A stretch of 64,000 bases of DNA from Coprobacillus sp. CAG:698 (GCA_000431235.1 HF988734.1:92-64091); one strand, 5' to 3'. Shown: positions 40,748-50,214, counted from the stretch's first letter. The notes: generated by a model not told the origin, from the sequence alone. Translations and numbers: made by a program.

Positions 40748-42325
40748 ATGAGTATTTTAAAATCAAAAATCATTCGTAACTTCGTAAACACAATTTATTT
40801 ATTTGGACTTAATGCTTCAAGTGAGGTTCGTCAAATTATTATCAATTATCTTGAAAAAGTATTTAATTATAAATTAGATGATGAAACTAAAGATATTCTT
40901 CTTAATGATAGATTATCTCTTGAAGAAATAAATCTCTTTTTCCGAAAATACAAATATATGCTTTTGGATGGAGATGAAGTTGGAGAATTAGAAGAAGTAA
41001 AAAAAGTATATGAAGTAGCACGTGAAAGTATTAACTTATTTACAAGCTTAGAAATAAAAGTTGAAGATGATAGTATTTCAGTTCTTAAATCATTTGAAAC
41101 TTTACAAGAAGCTTTTAGTAAAAACTTAATTCTTGCTAATAGTATATATGGAGTAATTTATTATAATGGAATATTTAAGGATATAAATGTTGATAAAGCT
41201 AATATGTACTTTATAAAGAATGCTTTATGGAATAATGAATTTGCTATGTTAGCCTTAGCATTAAATTATAAAGAACAAAAAGATTATGAAAAGAGTTTAT
41301 ATTGGGAACGCATGGCGATGAAAATGAACTTTTTAGAAGAATGTGAAGAATATGATTTGCCAAAAAATGTTATCAAAAAAATAGAAAAAGAAGTTGAAAA
41401 GGATTATGAAATACATAAACTTTTAAAAGATGATCGTGCAAGTAGCCAATACAACTTACAAACTTATAATCCAAGTTTATCAAAAATACTTTATGATAAA
41501 TCATTTAATATTACTGAAAAGAAAGCTTTACTTTTCACACAACAAAAAATGGATTTTTCACATGTAAGTGCTTTAGTATGCGAAAAGAAAAAATATGAAT
41601 TATCAAAAATAAAATATAGTTTCCGTGCTGATGAGCAAGAAAGATTGATTAAAGCTTTAAAAGTTATCACAAGTAAAGAAAATAACTATCCATTAATTAT
41701 AAATTGTGAAAGCAAAGAAATTATTAATTTATATTCTAACTTTATTAATGAATATTTTAAAAATGATATCGTAAAAGATTTAGATGCCACTAGATGTGAT
41801 TATAATGCTCTTTTAAGAACATATGCACAAAATAACTATTTATATCAAATAGTAACTCAAAATGGATCTAATAATATAGTTATGAAATATCATAACTTAC
41901 ATGAAGTAAAAGATTCTAATCTTTCAATGTTCTTAAGTTTATTGAATCCTAATGAGAAGTATTTCATTCAAGATTTGATGGCATCTGTTGATAAGAGTCA
42001 TTTAATTAATATTATCTTTGTACAAAATTTACATTCATTAGATAGCCGCATTTTACAATCTTCAAATATCATAACTTTAAAGAAAGAAACAGAAGAAGAA
42101 AAAGAAGAAATTGTTCGCACAAAATTCTTAATTGAATTAGAAAACAAAGGAATCGAATATTCAAAAGAATATGATAAGTATATAGATAAAATAGCATCTA
42201 CAATATCATTTGAAAGAATATTTGAAGTAATCAATGAAGTTGTATCACGTGTTAGTTTCGAAACTGAAGATGTTCTTAATGAAATAATTGTACAAGCTAA
42301 AAACTCTCGTACAATTGGGTTTTAG
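40748..42325 (+). CDS. 526-aa all-helical hypothetical protein with Sel1/TPR-like repeat(s). It is the upstream partner of the T4CP-like ATPase.
   Basis: RBS AAGGAGG then ATG at 40748. Sel1-like segment MYFIKNALWNNEFAMLALALNYKEQKDYEKSLYWERMA. The stop is 10 nt before the next gene's start. Confidence 0.55.
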   Translation: MSILKSKIIRNFVNTIYLFGLNASSEVRQIIINYLEKVFNYKLDDETKDILLNDRLSLEEINLFFRKYKYMLLDGDEVGELEEVKKVYEVARESINLFTSLEIKVEDDSISVLKSFETLQEAFSKNLILANSIYGVIYYNGIFKDINVDKANMYFIKNALWNNEFAMLALALNYKEQKDYEKSLYWERMAMKMNFLEECEEYDLPKNVIKKIEKEVEKDYEIHKLLKDDRASSQYNLQTYNPSLSKILYDKSFNITEKKALLFTQQKMDFSHVSALVCEKKKYELSKIKYSFRADEQERLIKALKVITSKENNYPLIINCESKEIINLYSNFINEYFKNDIVKDLDATRCDYNALLRTYAQNNYLYQIVTQNGSNNIVMKYHNLHEVKDSNLSMFLSLLNPNEKYFIQDLMASVDKSHLINIIFVQNLHSLDSRILQSSNIITLKKETEEEKEEIVRTKFLIELENKGIEYSKEYDKYIDKIASTISFERIFEVINEVVSRVSFETEDVLNEIIVQAKNSRTIGF

Positions 42326-42335
42326 GAGGTAAATT

Positions 42336-44561
42336 ATGAATCGTAAAATTGATTTAATTAGTAAAAATCGTGAAAACACACCATTTTATGATTTTAAGGA
42401 TATAAAAAAATTATGTAAAGATCCTAATAATGAATATTTTGGTAAGTGTGTTCCTTATAATGAACTTGAAAACTATGAAACAAATTGTATTCCTATTGCT
42501 CACTTTTATGATGATAACAACAAATTACAAGTTGTATTTTCAAGAGATCCTTCTCATGCTTTAGGTATTGGATGTACAGGAGCAGGAAAAACAACTTCTT
42601 TAGTAATTCCTAAAGTTAATATTTTATCATCTCTTAAAAATAAACCATCATTTATTATCATTGATGTAAAAGGAGAACTTCATGATAAATTAAGTGGTCA
42701 TTTGAAAGAAAAAGGATATAATATAAAAGTTATTGATTTAGACGAACCAGAATATAGTGCATCATGGAATCCTTTATTAAGCATTTATGATAAATATATA
42801 GAAGCACATGAAATTGTCAAGAAAGTTGTTGAACATACAGATAGTATCTCAGATTATCCAAATCTTTCAAAGTTTGCATATAAAGGGAAACCAAGTGTAT
42901 GGTATGAATTTGATGATGTTGCTTATAGTGATTTAACAAATCTTAATAAAGCAATAAGTCATAAAAAAGAAAAGTTAATAGCCGATGTATCTGAAGAAAT
43001 ACGCGACTTATCATATATGTTTATCGTAACCCAAAACTTAGATGATCCTCACTGGGATGATACAGCTCGTGACTTGTTTGCAGGTGTAATCTTTGCAATG
43101 CTTGAACGTACAATACTTGAAGATGGTAAATGCTTAACAAGGAATCAGTTTAACTTACGAAACATTGTTAATGCCATCTTAGCATCAAGAGAAGATGATT
43201 TAAAGAGATTTATTAACAATAGCGATAGACGTGGGGAAGCTTATCGATTTGCAACAAGAATCGTTAATATGGAAGCAGAGAAAACTAAATCATGTTATTT
43301 TGGCGTTTTATCGACACAACTTTCACCATTTAAGAGTTATGCTATTCAAAAGGTTACAATTAAGAATACAATAGATTTTGATAGAATTACTGATGAACCA
43401 GAAGCAGTTTTTATCAAAATGGATGACTTGAAAGAATCTAATTACAAATTAGCTCAATTAATAATATTAAGATTATATCAACAAATCAAAAATATAGCTA
43501 AGAAAATGCCTGGAAGAACTCTTGCTAAACCTGTGCATTTTATCTTAGATGAATTTGGCAATTTCCCAAAATTTAATGAGTTTGCCAAAATGATTAGTGT
43601 GAGCCGTAGTTATAATATATGGTATACAATGATTGTTCAATCGTATAGCCAACTTAAAATGATTTATGGTGAAGGTGTATCAAATGTTATTATCGAAAAT
43701 AGTAACATGAGATTATTCTTTGGTACAAATGATTTCTATACTATGAAGAGTTTTTCAGAGGCTTGTGGGAAGAAAGCTAAAATATCTGAAGTAGCTTATT
43801 TGAATGTCAATTCATCTAATTTGTCAGCATGCCCAATTGAAGAATTTCCAACTGTACCGGTGTCTGATTTATCAAAGATTGATACATCTGAAGTTTATAT
43901 AACATGCTTTAGAATGCCAGTGTTACATTCAAGGATGGAAAGATATTATTTAGTTAAAGAGTTTGAACCTCTTCCACCAGTTGAATATAGAGTAATTGAC
44001 AATATTGAAATCGGAACTAAGGAATATACATTTGATATTGGCGAAGATGATAACATATTCTCAGGAAAGAAACAATTCCCATCAAAATATGTTCCAAATA
44101 AGAAAAAAGAAGCTGATATAACAAAGAAAATGTTAGCTTATTTTGAAGAATTATTAATCATAAAGAAACCTGGTAAAAATGCTATACGTTCATTTATAGA
44201 AGTATCACGTACTATTTTGCCTATGTATATACTTGATTATTTAAGTAATGTTAATGAAAGAAATATTTATATGGATTATAGGGAGTTATCAAAAAACAAT
44301 TTGATTACGAAAACAACGTTCTATAAAACATTAAATAAAGAAATAGTCACTGCGTTCTTGGAAAACGAAATAGAAAGCTTAGATGTTAATAAAGAAAGCT
44401 TTATGGATGATTTACGAAAAAGATTTGATGAAGTAATATTTAATTCGATGAACTATGCAGTAGCAATTTTCCCTCAAGAATTCTCTGAAAATCTTAAGTT
44501 TATACGAGATGATTTCGATACAAACACTTTAGATTACTTAAAAGAATTTATATTAAAATAA
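42336..44561 (+). CDS. Soluble VirD4/TraG/TraD-family (type IV coupling protein-like) P-loop ATPase with an extra C-terminal domain of about 240 aa. It has no N-terminal TM helices.
   Basis: Walker A GCTGAGKTTS. Walker B HFILDEFGNFPKF. TraG-D_C-like RSYNIWYTMIVQSYSQLKMIYGE. RBS GGAGGT. Confidence 0.7.
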   Translation: MNRKIDLISKNRENTPFYDFKDIKKLCKDPNNEYFGKCVPYNELENYETNCIPIAHFYDDNNKLQVVFSRDPSHALGIGCTGAGKTTSLVIPKVNILSSLKNKPSFIIIDVKGELHDKLSGHLKEKGYNIKVIDLDEPEYSASWNPLLSIYDKYIEAHEIVKKVVEHTDSISDYPNLSKFAYKGKPSVWYEFDDVAYSDLTNLNKAISHKKEKLIADVSEEIRDLSYMFIVTQNLDDPHWDDTARDLFAGVIFAMLERTILEDGKCLTRNQFNLRNIVNAILASREDDLKRFINNSDRRGEAYRFATRIVNMEAEKTKSCYFGVLSTQLSPFKSYAIQKVTIKNTIDFDRITDEPEAVFIKMDDLKESNYKLAQLIILRLYQQIKNIAKKMPGRTLAKPVHFILDEFGNFPKFNEFAKMISVSRSYNIWYTMIVQSYSQLKMIYGEGVSNVIIENSNMRLFFGTNDFYTMKSFSEACGKKAKISEVAYLNVNSSNLSACPIEEFPTVPVSDLSKIDTSEVYITCFRMPVLHSRMERYYLVKEFEPLPPVEYRVIDNIEIGTKEYTFDIGEDDNIFSGKKQFPSKYVPNKKKEADITKKMLAYFEELLIIKKPGKNAIRSFIEVSRTILPMYILDYLSNVNERNIYMDYRELSKNNLITKTTFYKTLNKEIVTAFLENEIESLDVNKESFMDDLRKRFDEVIFNSMNYAVAIFPQEFSENLKFIRDDFDTNTLDYLKEFILK

Positions 44562-44590
44562 TTATATTTACAAAAATTTTTAAAAAACCC

Positions 44591-44619
44591 TTTATAAATT
44601 TAATAAAATGTGATATAAT
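44591..44619 (+). promoter_or_regulatory. Promoter with an extended -10 (TGTGaTATAAT).
   Basis: TTTATA, 17 nt, then TGaTATAAT. The 13-mer AATGTGATATAAT recurs at 59796-59808. Confidence 0.45.
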
Positions 44620-44657
44620 CAGTTAGTAAATTTTAAAAAAAGATTGGAGATATATTT

Positions 44658-45227
44658 ATGGAAATGATTTCTGCAATAGATCTACGTGCTGGAAATACAT
44701 TTGAGTATAACAATAGTGTATGGCAAGTTTTAGATCAAAACTTTATGAAACCTGGAAAAGGAAATGCTGTAATGCGTGTACGTATGAAAGATTTAAGAAG
44801 TGGTTCAATTATTGAAACTACTTTAAATCCAAACAATAAATACAAGAAATGCATTATTGACAAAAAAGAAATGTTATTTTCTTATATTGAAGGCGATAGT
44901 TATGTATTCATGGATAATGAAGATTATAGCACTCTTGAACTTCCAAAAGAAAGACTAGAATGGTATAAAAACTTTATGATTGAAGGCGAAACAGTTTGTA
45001 TCGTAATGATGTGTGAAGGTGAAATTCTTGGAGTTCAAACAAAGGATGAAAAGGTTACACTAACTGTTACACAAGCTGAACCAGCTGTAAAAGGTAATAC
45101 ATCACAAACAGCTAGAAAGAAAGTAACTCTTGAAACTGGTTTCGAAGTAGAAGTTCCTCTATTTATTGAAGAAGGCGATAAGATTATTGTTAATGTTAAC
45201 GATGGATCTTATTGTTCAAGAGCATAA
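44658..45227 (+). CDS. efp: Elongation factor P.
   Basis: The KPGKG loop and full-length EF-P similarity. Confidence 0.9.
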   Translation: MEMISAIDLRAGNTFEYNNSVWQVLDQNFMKPGKGNAVMRVRMKDLRSGSIIETTLNPNNKYKKCIIDKKEMLFSYIEGDSYVFMDNEDYSTLELPKERLEWYKNFMIEGETVCIVMMCEGEILGVQTKDEKVTLTVTQAEPAVKGNTSQTARKKVTLETGFEVEVPLFIEEGDKIIVNVNDGSYCSRA

Positions 45228-45247
45228 AAAAATAAAAAAGGTAAAAA

Positions 45248-45283
45248 GGCTGATGGATGTTATCTATTAGCTTTTAATTTTTA
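45248..45283 (+). terminator. Terminator after efp.
   Basis: GGCUGAUGGAU-guu-AUCUAUUAGC (two G-U pairs), then TTTTAATTTTT. Confidence 0.5.
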
Positions 45284-45284
45284 G

Positions 45285-45758
45285 ATGTTTAAAATTAATT
45301 TATCAAAAATTAATTTGCCTATTGATATATCTTATTATGATACTTTGCCTGAAGAAAATTATTATGTTTTCATTGATGATGAGAATAACATAGTAGAAGG
45401 TAAAATCAATATAGATATTTCTAAACTAGACGAAATAAAAATAATCAAAATTATTAGAAATATCCTATATGTAAATGAATTGTATGTTTATGGAAGTATT
45501 GGTGCATATTACGAGAGATTTTCATTAAAGAATATTGATTGTGTCTACAAACGCAAAAGAAAAATATATTTTGTAGCATATAATAAAACATATAATTATA
45601 AATCAGACATATTCAGTTTAAGAGGAAATTTACTTCTATTTGGTTTTAAAAAAACGAAAAAAGGCATGTGGATAAATCCACTTAGCGAAAGGATAAAAAA
45701 AGAATCAATTTTAAATTCAAAAGCGAAAAAATATTTGTATGATAATATAAACTTCTAA
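45285..45758 (+). CDS. Hypothetical 157-aa basic protein.
   Basis: ORF only; no recognisable motif. Confidence 0.4.
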   Translation: MFKINLSKINLPIDISYYDTLPEENYYVFIDDENNIVEGKINIDISKLDEIKIIKIIRNILYVNELYVYGSIGAYYERFSLKNIDCVYKRKRKIYFVAYNKTYNYKSDIFSLRGNLLLFGFKKTKKGMWINPLSERIKKESILNSKAKKYLYDNINF

Positions 45759-45774
45759 GAAAAAGGTGAAAAAA

Positions 45775-46533
45775 ATGTTAGTATGTTTAGATGTTGGTAA
45801 TACACATATAGTGTTAGGTGTATATAATAATGAGGAATTAAAAACTTATCGTATTTGTACAAATCCTAATGCTACTAGTGATGAACTAGGAATCAAAATA
45901 AAAGAAATATTAAATTTCAATTATAAAAATGCAACAAAATATGATTTTGTAATAAGTAGCGTTGTCCCCAAAATAGATCTTGCCATAAAGAAGATGTGTG
46001 CAAAGTATTTCAATTGTGAAGCATTGTTTGTGGAACAAGGAGTTAAAAGTGGAATTAAAATAAGACTTGATAACCCTAAAGAGCTAGGTGCAGACATTTT
46101 AGTTGGCGCAGTAGCTAGTGTAAGTCAATATGGTGGTAATTGTTTAGTAATTGACATCGGAACCGCAATGACAATGGTATATGTAAACGAAAATAAAGAG
46201 CTTTTAGGAGGAACTATTTTTCCTGGAATGCATACATCTTTTTCTAGTTTGATGTCTAAAGCAGCAAAACTTGAAGAAGTTTCTTTTGAAAAACCTAAAG
46301 ATATTATCGGAACAGATACTAAAAGTTGTTTACAAAGTGGTATGATTTATGGATATTTAAGCCTTATTGAAGGATTAATAGAAATGTATAAAAAACGACT
46401 TGGAGAGTTCAAAGTTGTTATAACTGGTGGTGAAGCAGCACTTTTAAAAGAATTTTTCAAAGATAAAGATTATATATTTGATGACGAACTCTTAATAAAG
46501 GGTTTAAAAATTATTTATGAAAAGAATAAATAA
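45775..46533 (+). CDS. coaX: Type III pantothenate kinase.
   Basis: LVCLDVGNTHIVLGVY (DxGNT) and the GGN...IDIGTA motif. RBS AAAGGTGA. Confidence 0.85.
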   Translation: MLVCLDVGNTHIVLGVYNNEELKTYRICTNPNATSDELGIKIKEILNFNYKNATKYDFVISSVVPKIDLAIKKMCAKYFNCEALFVEQGVKSGIKIRLDNPKELGADILVGAVASVSQYGGNCLVIDIGTAMTMVYVNENKELLGGTIFPGMHTSFSSLMSKAAKLEEVSFEKPKDIIGTDTKSCLQSGMIYGYLSLIEGLIEMYKKRLGEFKVVITGGEAALLKEFFKDKDYIFDDELLIKGLKIIYEKNK

Positions 46534-46535
46534 AA

Positions 46536-46594
46536 AAATCATCCTTACATATATGAACAAATAACTCATATAATGTAATGGGTGATTTTTTTTG
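46536..46594 (+). terminator. Long imperfect hairpin followed by T8.
   Basis: AAATCATCCTTACAT...ATGTAATGGGTGATTTTTTTT. Confidence 0.45.
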
Positions 46595-46612
46595 AATAAT
46601 AAAGGACCATTA

Positions 46613-46936
46613 ATGTTTATTAATACAGTGCAAGAAAATAAGAATTTTGAAACTGGCAAAAAAAAGTTTGACAGTCGCTTCGTAAAAAAACAAGTAGAAA
46701 CTAAAGAAATTAGAACAATTCTAATTGACAAAAGTAAAATAGAAAATGTTGTTGTACTATATAAACACAATATGCCTGTAGTATGTGAGATTTCTTTAGA
46801 TGATATCGTTTATGAGGGAATACCAACAGATATTTTTATAACTCCTGACAAACAAGAATTAGATGTTCTAGTAAATGAAGAACATATAAAAGTTGATTTA
46901 TCAAAAATTAGAGATTTCAAAATATTAGAGATTTAG
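46613..46936 (+). CDS. Hypothetical 107-aa protein. Start uncertain: the listed TTG at 46592 lies in the terminator T-tract.
   Basis: AAAGGA, 5 nt, then ATG at 46613. Its stop overlaps the stop of the convergent gene (TTAG). Confidence 0.4.
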   Translation: MFINTVQENKNFETGKKKFDSRFVKKQVETKEIRTILIDKSKIENVVVLYKHNMPVVCEISLDDIVYEGIPTDIFITPDKQELDVLVNEEHIKVDLSKIRDFKILEI

Positions 46937-47355
46937 TTGTTCCCACAAGTTCCTGTACAAGCTTCACAGCAAATAGGTGCGTGACATTGTAAGCCACAAA
47001 TGCAATCAATCTTTAAAATTGTTGTATAGTTAGTGCAAGTATAAGCATTATCTGTAACTGTAATTAAACGTAAAACTACGCAATCATTTTTGATGTTTTC
47101 AATTCTAAAAACATTAGTAGTTGCAGTTGAACCAACTTCAGGCAAAGTAACTGTATAAGTGTTTCCGCAGCACAAGTAACAAGTAATAGGTTTAGTGTTA
47201 TAGAAAGCAGAAATTAAAGAACCTTCACATCCCTCACAAGCACTTTGAACAGTTGCTGCTTTTTGCATTTGATCGATTTTTGCAAGTGTGTCATAAATAA
47301 AACCACGATTTGTAGTTGGAGTAGTAGTTTGAGGAGTTTGATTAATACATGCCAT
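46933..47355 (-). CDS. Cys-rich 140-aa protein, with about 20 Cys in CxxC/CC clusters. Possibly a spore coat or crust protein.
   Basis: Strong RBS GAGGTGA, 7 nt, then ATG on the minus strand. Motifs ACEGCEGS, CYLCCGNTY and CICGLQCHAPICCEACTGTCGNN. The upstream CATATTATA matches the sigma-K -10 consensus CATAnnnTA. Confidence 0.6.
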   Translation of the reverse strand: MACINQTPQTTTPTTNRGFIYDTLAKIDQMQKAATVQSACEGCEGSLISAFYNTKPITCYLCCGNTYTVTLPEVGSTATTNVFRIENIKNDCVVLRLITVTDNAYTCTNYTTILKIDCICGLQCHAPICCEACTGTCGNN

Positions 47356-47447
47356 TTATTTCACCTCACTTTCAATACTATAATATGAAACAAATGAAAA
47401 AATGGTAATGTTATATAACTATTTTTAATAAACTTTTAAAAAGTATA

Positions 47448-47476
47448 TTGGTTTTTTTTGTAAATGGTGGTATAAT
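47448..47476 (+). promoter_or_regulatory. Promoter: TTGGTT, 17 nt, then TGgTATAAT.
   Basis: Read directly from the sequence. Confidence 0.45.
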
Positions 47477-47514
47477 ATAGAATATATGAAAAAGACTATA
47501 TGGAGGAATATATT

Positions 47515-47901
47515 ATGTTTTTAGAAGCATCACAAACAAATGAAAATATGGCTTTAATAATGCTAGGTATTTGTATTATTCCAATTGCCGTTTTAATTGT
47601 ACTTGCTTTTGTAATGAAGTTTAAAAAGGTATCAAAATCAAAATTAACAAAAGAAGATAATACTAATGCTGAGGTTGATCCTGAAGTTAGAAAAGAGTTC
47701 TATGATGCATATGGTGGTGAAAGTAATGTTACATCAGTTACATCTGAACTAAGTCGAATAAAAGTAAAAGTTAATAATGTGGAACTTGTAAATACTGAAA
47801 AATTAAAAGAATTAGGTGCCGTTAATGTTTTAATTATCGGTGATGAAGTACGCGCATCTTTCTCTGACCGCGTTAGTTATGTATATAATATAATGAAATA
47901 G
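47515..47901 (+). CDS. Membrane-anchored PTS EIIB(Glc)-like domain protein in which the phospho-acceptor Cys is absent.
   Basis: One TM helix, then YGGESNVTSVTSELSRIKVKV...LKELGAVNVLIIGDEV, which matches the EIIB fold. The canonical C-[IT]-T-R-L-R Cys is replaced (SELSRIK). Start at the ATG after GGAGG. Confidence 0.5.
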   Translation: MFLEASQTNENMALIMLGICIIPIAVLIVLAFVMKFKKVSKSKLTKEDNTNAEVDPEVRKEFYDAYGGESNVTSVTSELSRIKVKVNNVELVNTEKLKELGAVNVLIIGDEVRASFSDRVSYVYNIMK

Positions 47902-47908
47902 GTAAATT

Positions 47909-49882
47909 ATGAATAAAATTGATGAAAAAATAATAGCTAATATTCGTGTTGTAACACAAGAAATGATCACAGGTGCTAAATCGGGTCATCCCGGAATAGC
48001 ATTAGGTGCTGCTCCAATTATGCATGCATTATATTCACGTGTACTTAAAATTACTTCAAAAAATAGTAAATGGCACAATAGAGATAGATTTGTATTAGCG
48101 GCAGGACATGGTTCAAGTTTGCTATATACTATGCTTCATCTATATGGATATAAAGTATCAGTTGAAGATCTAAAATCATTTAGAAAGATAAATAGTTTAA
48201 CACCAGGACATCCAGAATATGGACATACTGATGGTGTTGATGCAACAAGTGGACCATTGGGTCAAGGAATACCTATGGCTGTAGGAATGGCACTTTCTGA
48301 ATTATTTTTAGAAGCAAAATATAATAAAGAAGATATCACTTTATTCAATAATTATACATATGTATTATGTGGCGATGGTGACTTGCAAGAAGGAGTTACA
48401 TGTGAAGCTCTAAGTTTAGCTGGTAATTTAAAACTAAATAAACTAATAATTTTATATGATTCAAATGACATTCAATTAGATGGTAAAGTTGCTGATTGTA
48501 ATACAGAATCAACACAAAAGAAAGTTGAAGCTATGAATATCAACTATTTAAGAGTTGCTGATGGTGAAAACATTGACGACATTGTAAACAAAATAGAACT
48601 TGCAAAGAAAAGCGATAAGCCAACACTAATAGAAATAAAAACAATTATTGGTAAAACATCTAGTTTAGAGAATACATGTGCAATTCATGGGTCCCCATTA
48701 CCTTTAGAAGAAGTAATTAAAATGCGTGAAGCTATTGGTGGTAAGCCATTTGAATTTACTCCAGAAGTATATGAATGTTATAAACGTAAGTGTGAAGAAA
48801 ATAATCTAGTATATCTACAAGAAGAAAAAGTTCTCAAAGAATATGCGGAAAAATATAAAGCAGATTATCTTGAACTCAACTTATTCTATAATGGTAATGA
48901 CCAAATTACTAAGAATGATTTTATGTTAGATTTTGATGAAACATACTCGAAAGCAACAAGAAATGCTGCCGGAGAAGTAATGAATTCATTAACTTCTATG
49001 TGCCCAATCATAATTGGTGGTTCAGCTGATTTATCAAAATCAACTTGTATAAAAGGTGCTGATGGCAATTACAATTATACAACAAGAACAGGAAGAAATA
49101 TTCTATTTGGAGTACGTGAACATGCTATGGCTGCTATTTGCAATGGTATCTCTCTAAATGGAATAACAAAGGCTTTCTGTGGAGGATTCTTTGTCTTCTC
49201 TGACTATATGAAACCTGCAATTAGGATGTCAGCATTAATGCATTTACCTGTAATGTATTTCTTTACACATGATAGCATTGCCGTTGGTGAAGATGGACCT
49301 ACACATGAACCTATTGAACAATTAACAATGCTTAGAGCAATTCCTAATCTTAATGTGATTAGACCATGTGGAAGGGAAGAAGTAAAAGAAGCTATTACGA
49401 TAGCTTACAACTCAAAAGATAACCCAACAGCCATTATTCTTTCAAGACAAGGACTTTTAGAAAGTCGTACAAAAGAAAATTCTCAAGAAAATTTATCTTT
49501 AAAAGGTGCATATATAATTAGTAAAGAACAAAAAAATCTCGATGCTGTAATCATTGCCTCAGGGTCAGAAGTTCCTTTAGCAATAAGTGCTCAAAAAGTT
49601 TTACTAAACGAAGGTATAGATATAAGAATAGTTAGTATGCCTTCAATGTTCTTATTTGATAAAATGGATAGTGACTATAAAGAAACCATCGTTCCAACAA
49701 AGGTAAAGAAAATTGCAATTGAAATGAGTGAAGCAGCTCATATGTATAAGTATGTTAAGGATGGCGAAGTAATTAATATAAAAACATTTGGATTATCAGG
49801 AAAAGCAAGTGATGTCTTAGACTCATTCGGATTTACTACAGAAAAGATAGTTCAAAAAATCAAAGAAATTATAAATAAATAA
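47909..49882 (+). CDS. tkt: Transketolase.
   Basis: 657 aa; TPP-binding GDGDLQEG motif. Confidence 0.95.
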   Translation: MNKIDEKIIANIRVVTQEMITGAKSGHPGIALGAAPIMHALYSRVLKITSKNSKWHNRDRFVLAAGHGSSLLYTMLHLYGYKVSVEDLKSFRKINSLTPGHPEYGHTDGVDATSGPLGQGIPMAVGMALSELFLEAKYNKEDITLFNNYTYVLCGDGDLQEGVTCEALSLAGNLKLNKLIILYDSNDIQLDGKVADCNTESTQKKVEAMNINYLRVADGENIDDIVNKIELAKKSDKPTLIEIKTIIGKTSSLENTCAIHGSPLPLEEVIKMREAIGGKPFEFTPEVYECYKRKCEENNLVYLQEEKVLKEYAEKYKADYLELNLFYNGNDQITKNDFMLDFDETYSKATRNAAGEVMNSLTSMCPIIIGGSADLSKSTCIKGADGNYNYTTRTGRNILFGVREHAMAAICNGISLNGITKAFCGGFFVFSDYMKPAIRMSALMHLPVMYFFTHDSIAVGEDGPTHEPIEQLTMLRAIPNLNVIRPCGREEVKEAITIAYNSKDNPTAIILSRQGLLESRTKENSQENLSLKGAYIISKEQKNLDAVIIASGSEVPLAISAQKVLLNEGIDIRIVSMPSMFLFDKMDSDYKETIVPTKVKKIAIEMSEAAHMYKYVKDGEVINIKTFGLSGKASDVLDSFGFTTEKIVQKIKEIINK

Positions 49883-49892
49883 TCAAAAAGAT

Positions 49893-49927
49893 AAAAAATC
49901 ATCTATTCACTGAGTAGATGATTTTTA
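49893..49927. terminator. Bidirectional terminator between tkt and sspI.
   Basis: AAAAAATCATCTA-ttcactgag-TAGATGATTTTT. Confidence 0.65.
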
Positions 49928-49932
49928 TGCAT

Positions 49933-50139
49933 TTACTTTAAATTTTGTGATATTCTCTGCACGACATTACTTTTTTCACTATTATTTAAATTATTCCAGT
50001 AAACTTCAAACATAACACCTAAACCTGGCAAAATTGTTTCTGATTTACTAGTTGTTGCATCATCAATAATTTCTTTTATTGCCTCAGTGTTAGATGTTGA
50101 TAAATTCTCAATAACAGCTTTTCTTAAATCTAAGTTCAT
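49933..50139 (-). CDS. sspI: Small acid-soluble spore protein I.
   Basis: MNLDLRKAVIENLS...LPGLGVMFEVYW matches the SspI family pattern. RBS GGAGG. Confidence 0.85.
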   Translation of the reverse strand: MNLDLRKAVIENLSTSNTEAIKEIIDDATTSKSETILPGLGVMFEVYWNNLNNSEKSNVVQRISQNLK

Positions 50140-50214
50140 ATTTTTCCTCCAAAAATAAATTTACTATATTAATTTAACCCAAAATGTGATATACTATACA
50201 CTGAGGTGCTAAAA

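Noticed and set aside
42336-44561. Interpreting the TraG/VirD4-like ATPase as evidence of an integrative conjugative element or plasmid segment.
   Set aside because: No integrase, relaxase, VirB4/VirB6-like genes or replication genes, and no flanking repeats or tRNA, are anywhere in the 64 kb. The neighbours are core metabolic and translation genes. The protein also lacks the membrane anchor of genuine coupling proteins. It is kept as an orphan-module finding rather than a mobile-element feature.
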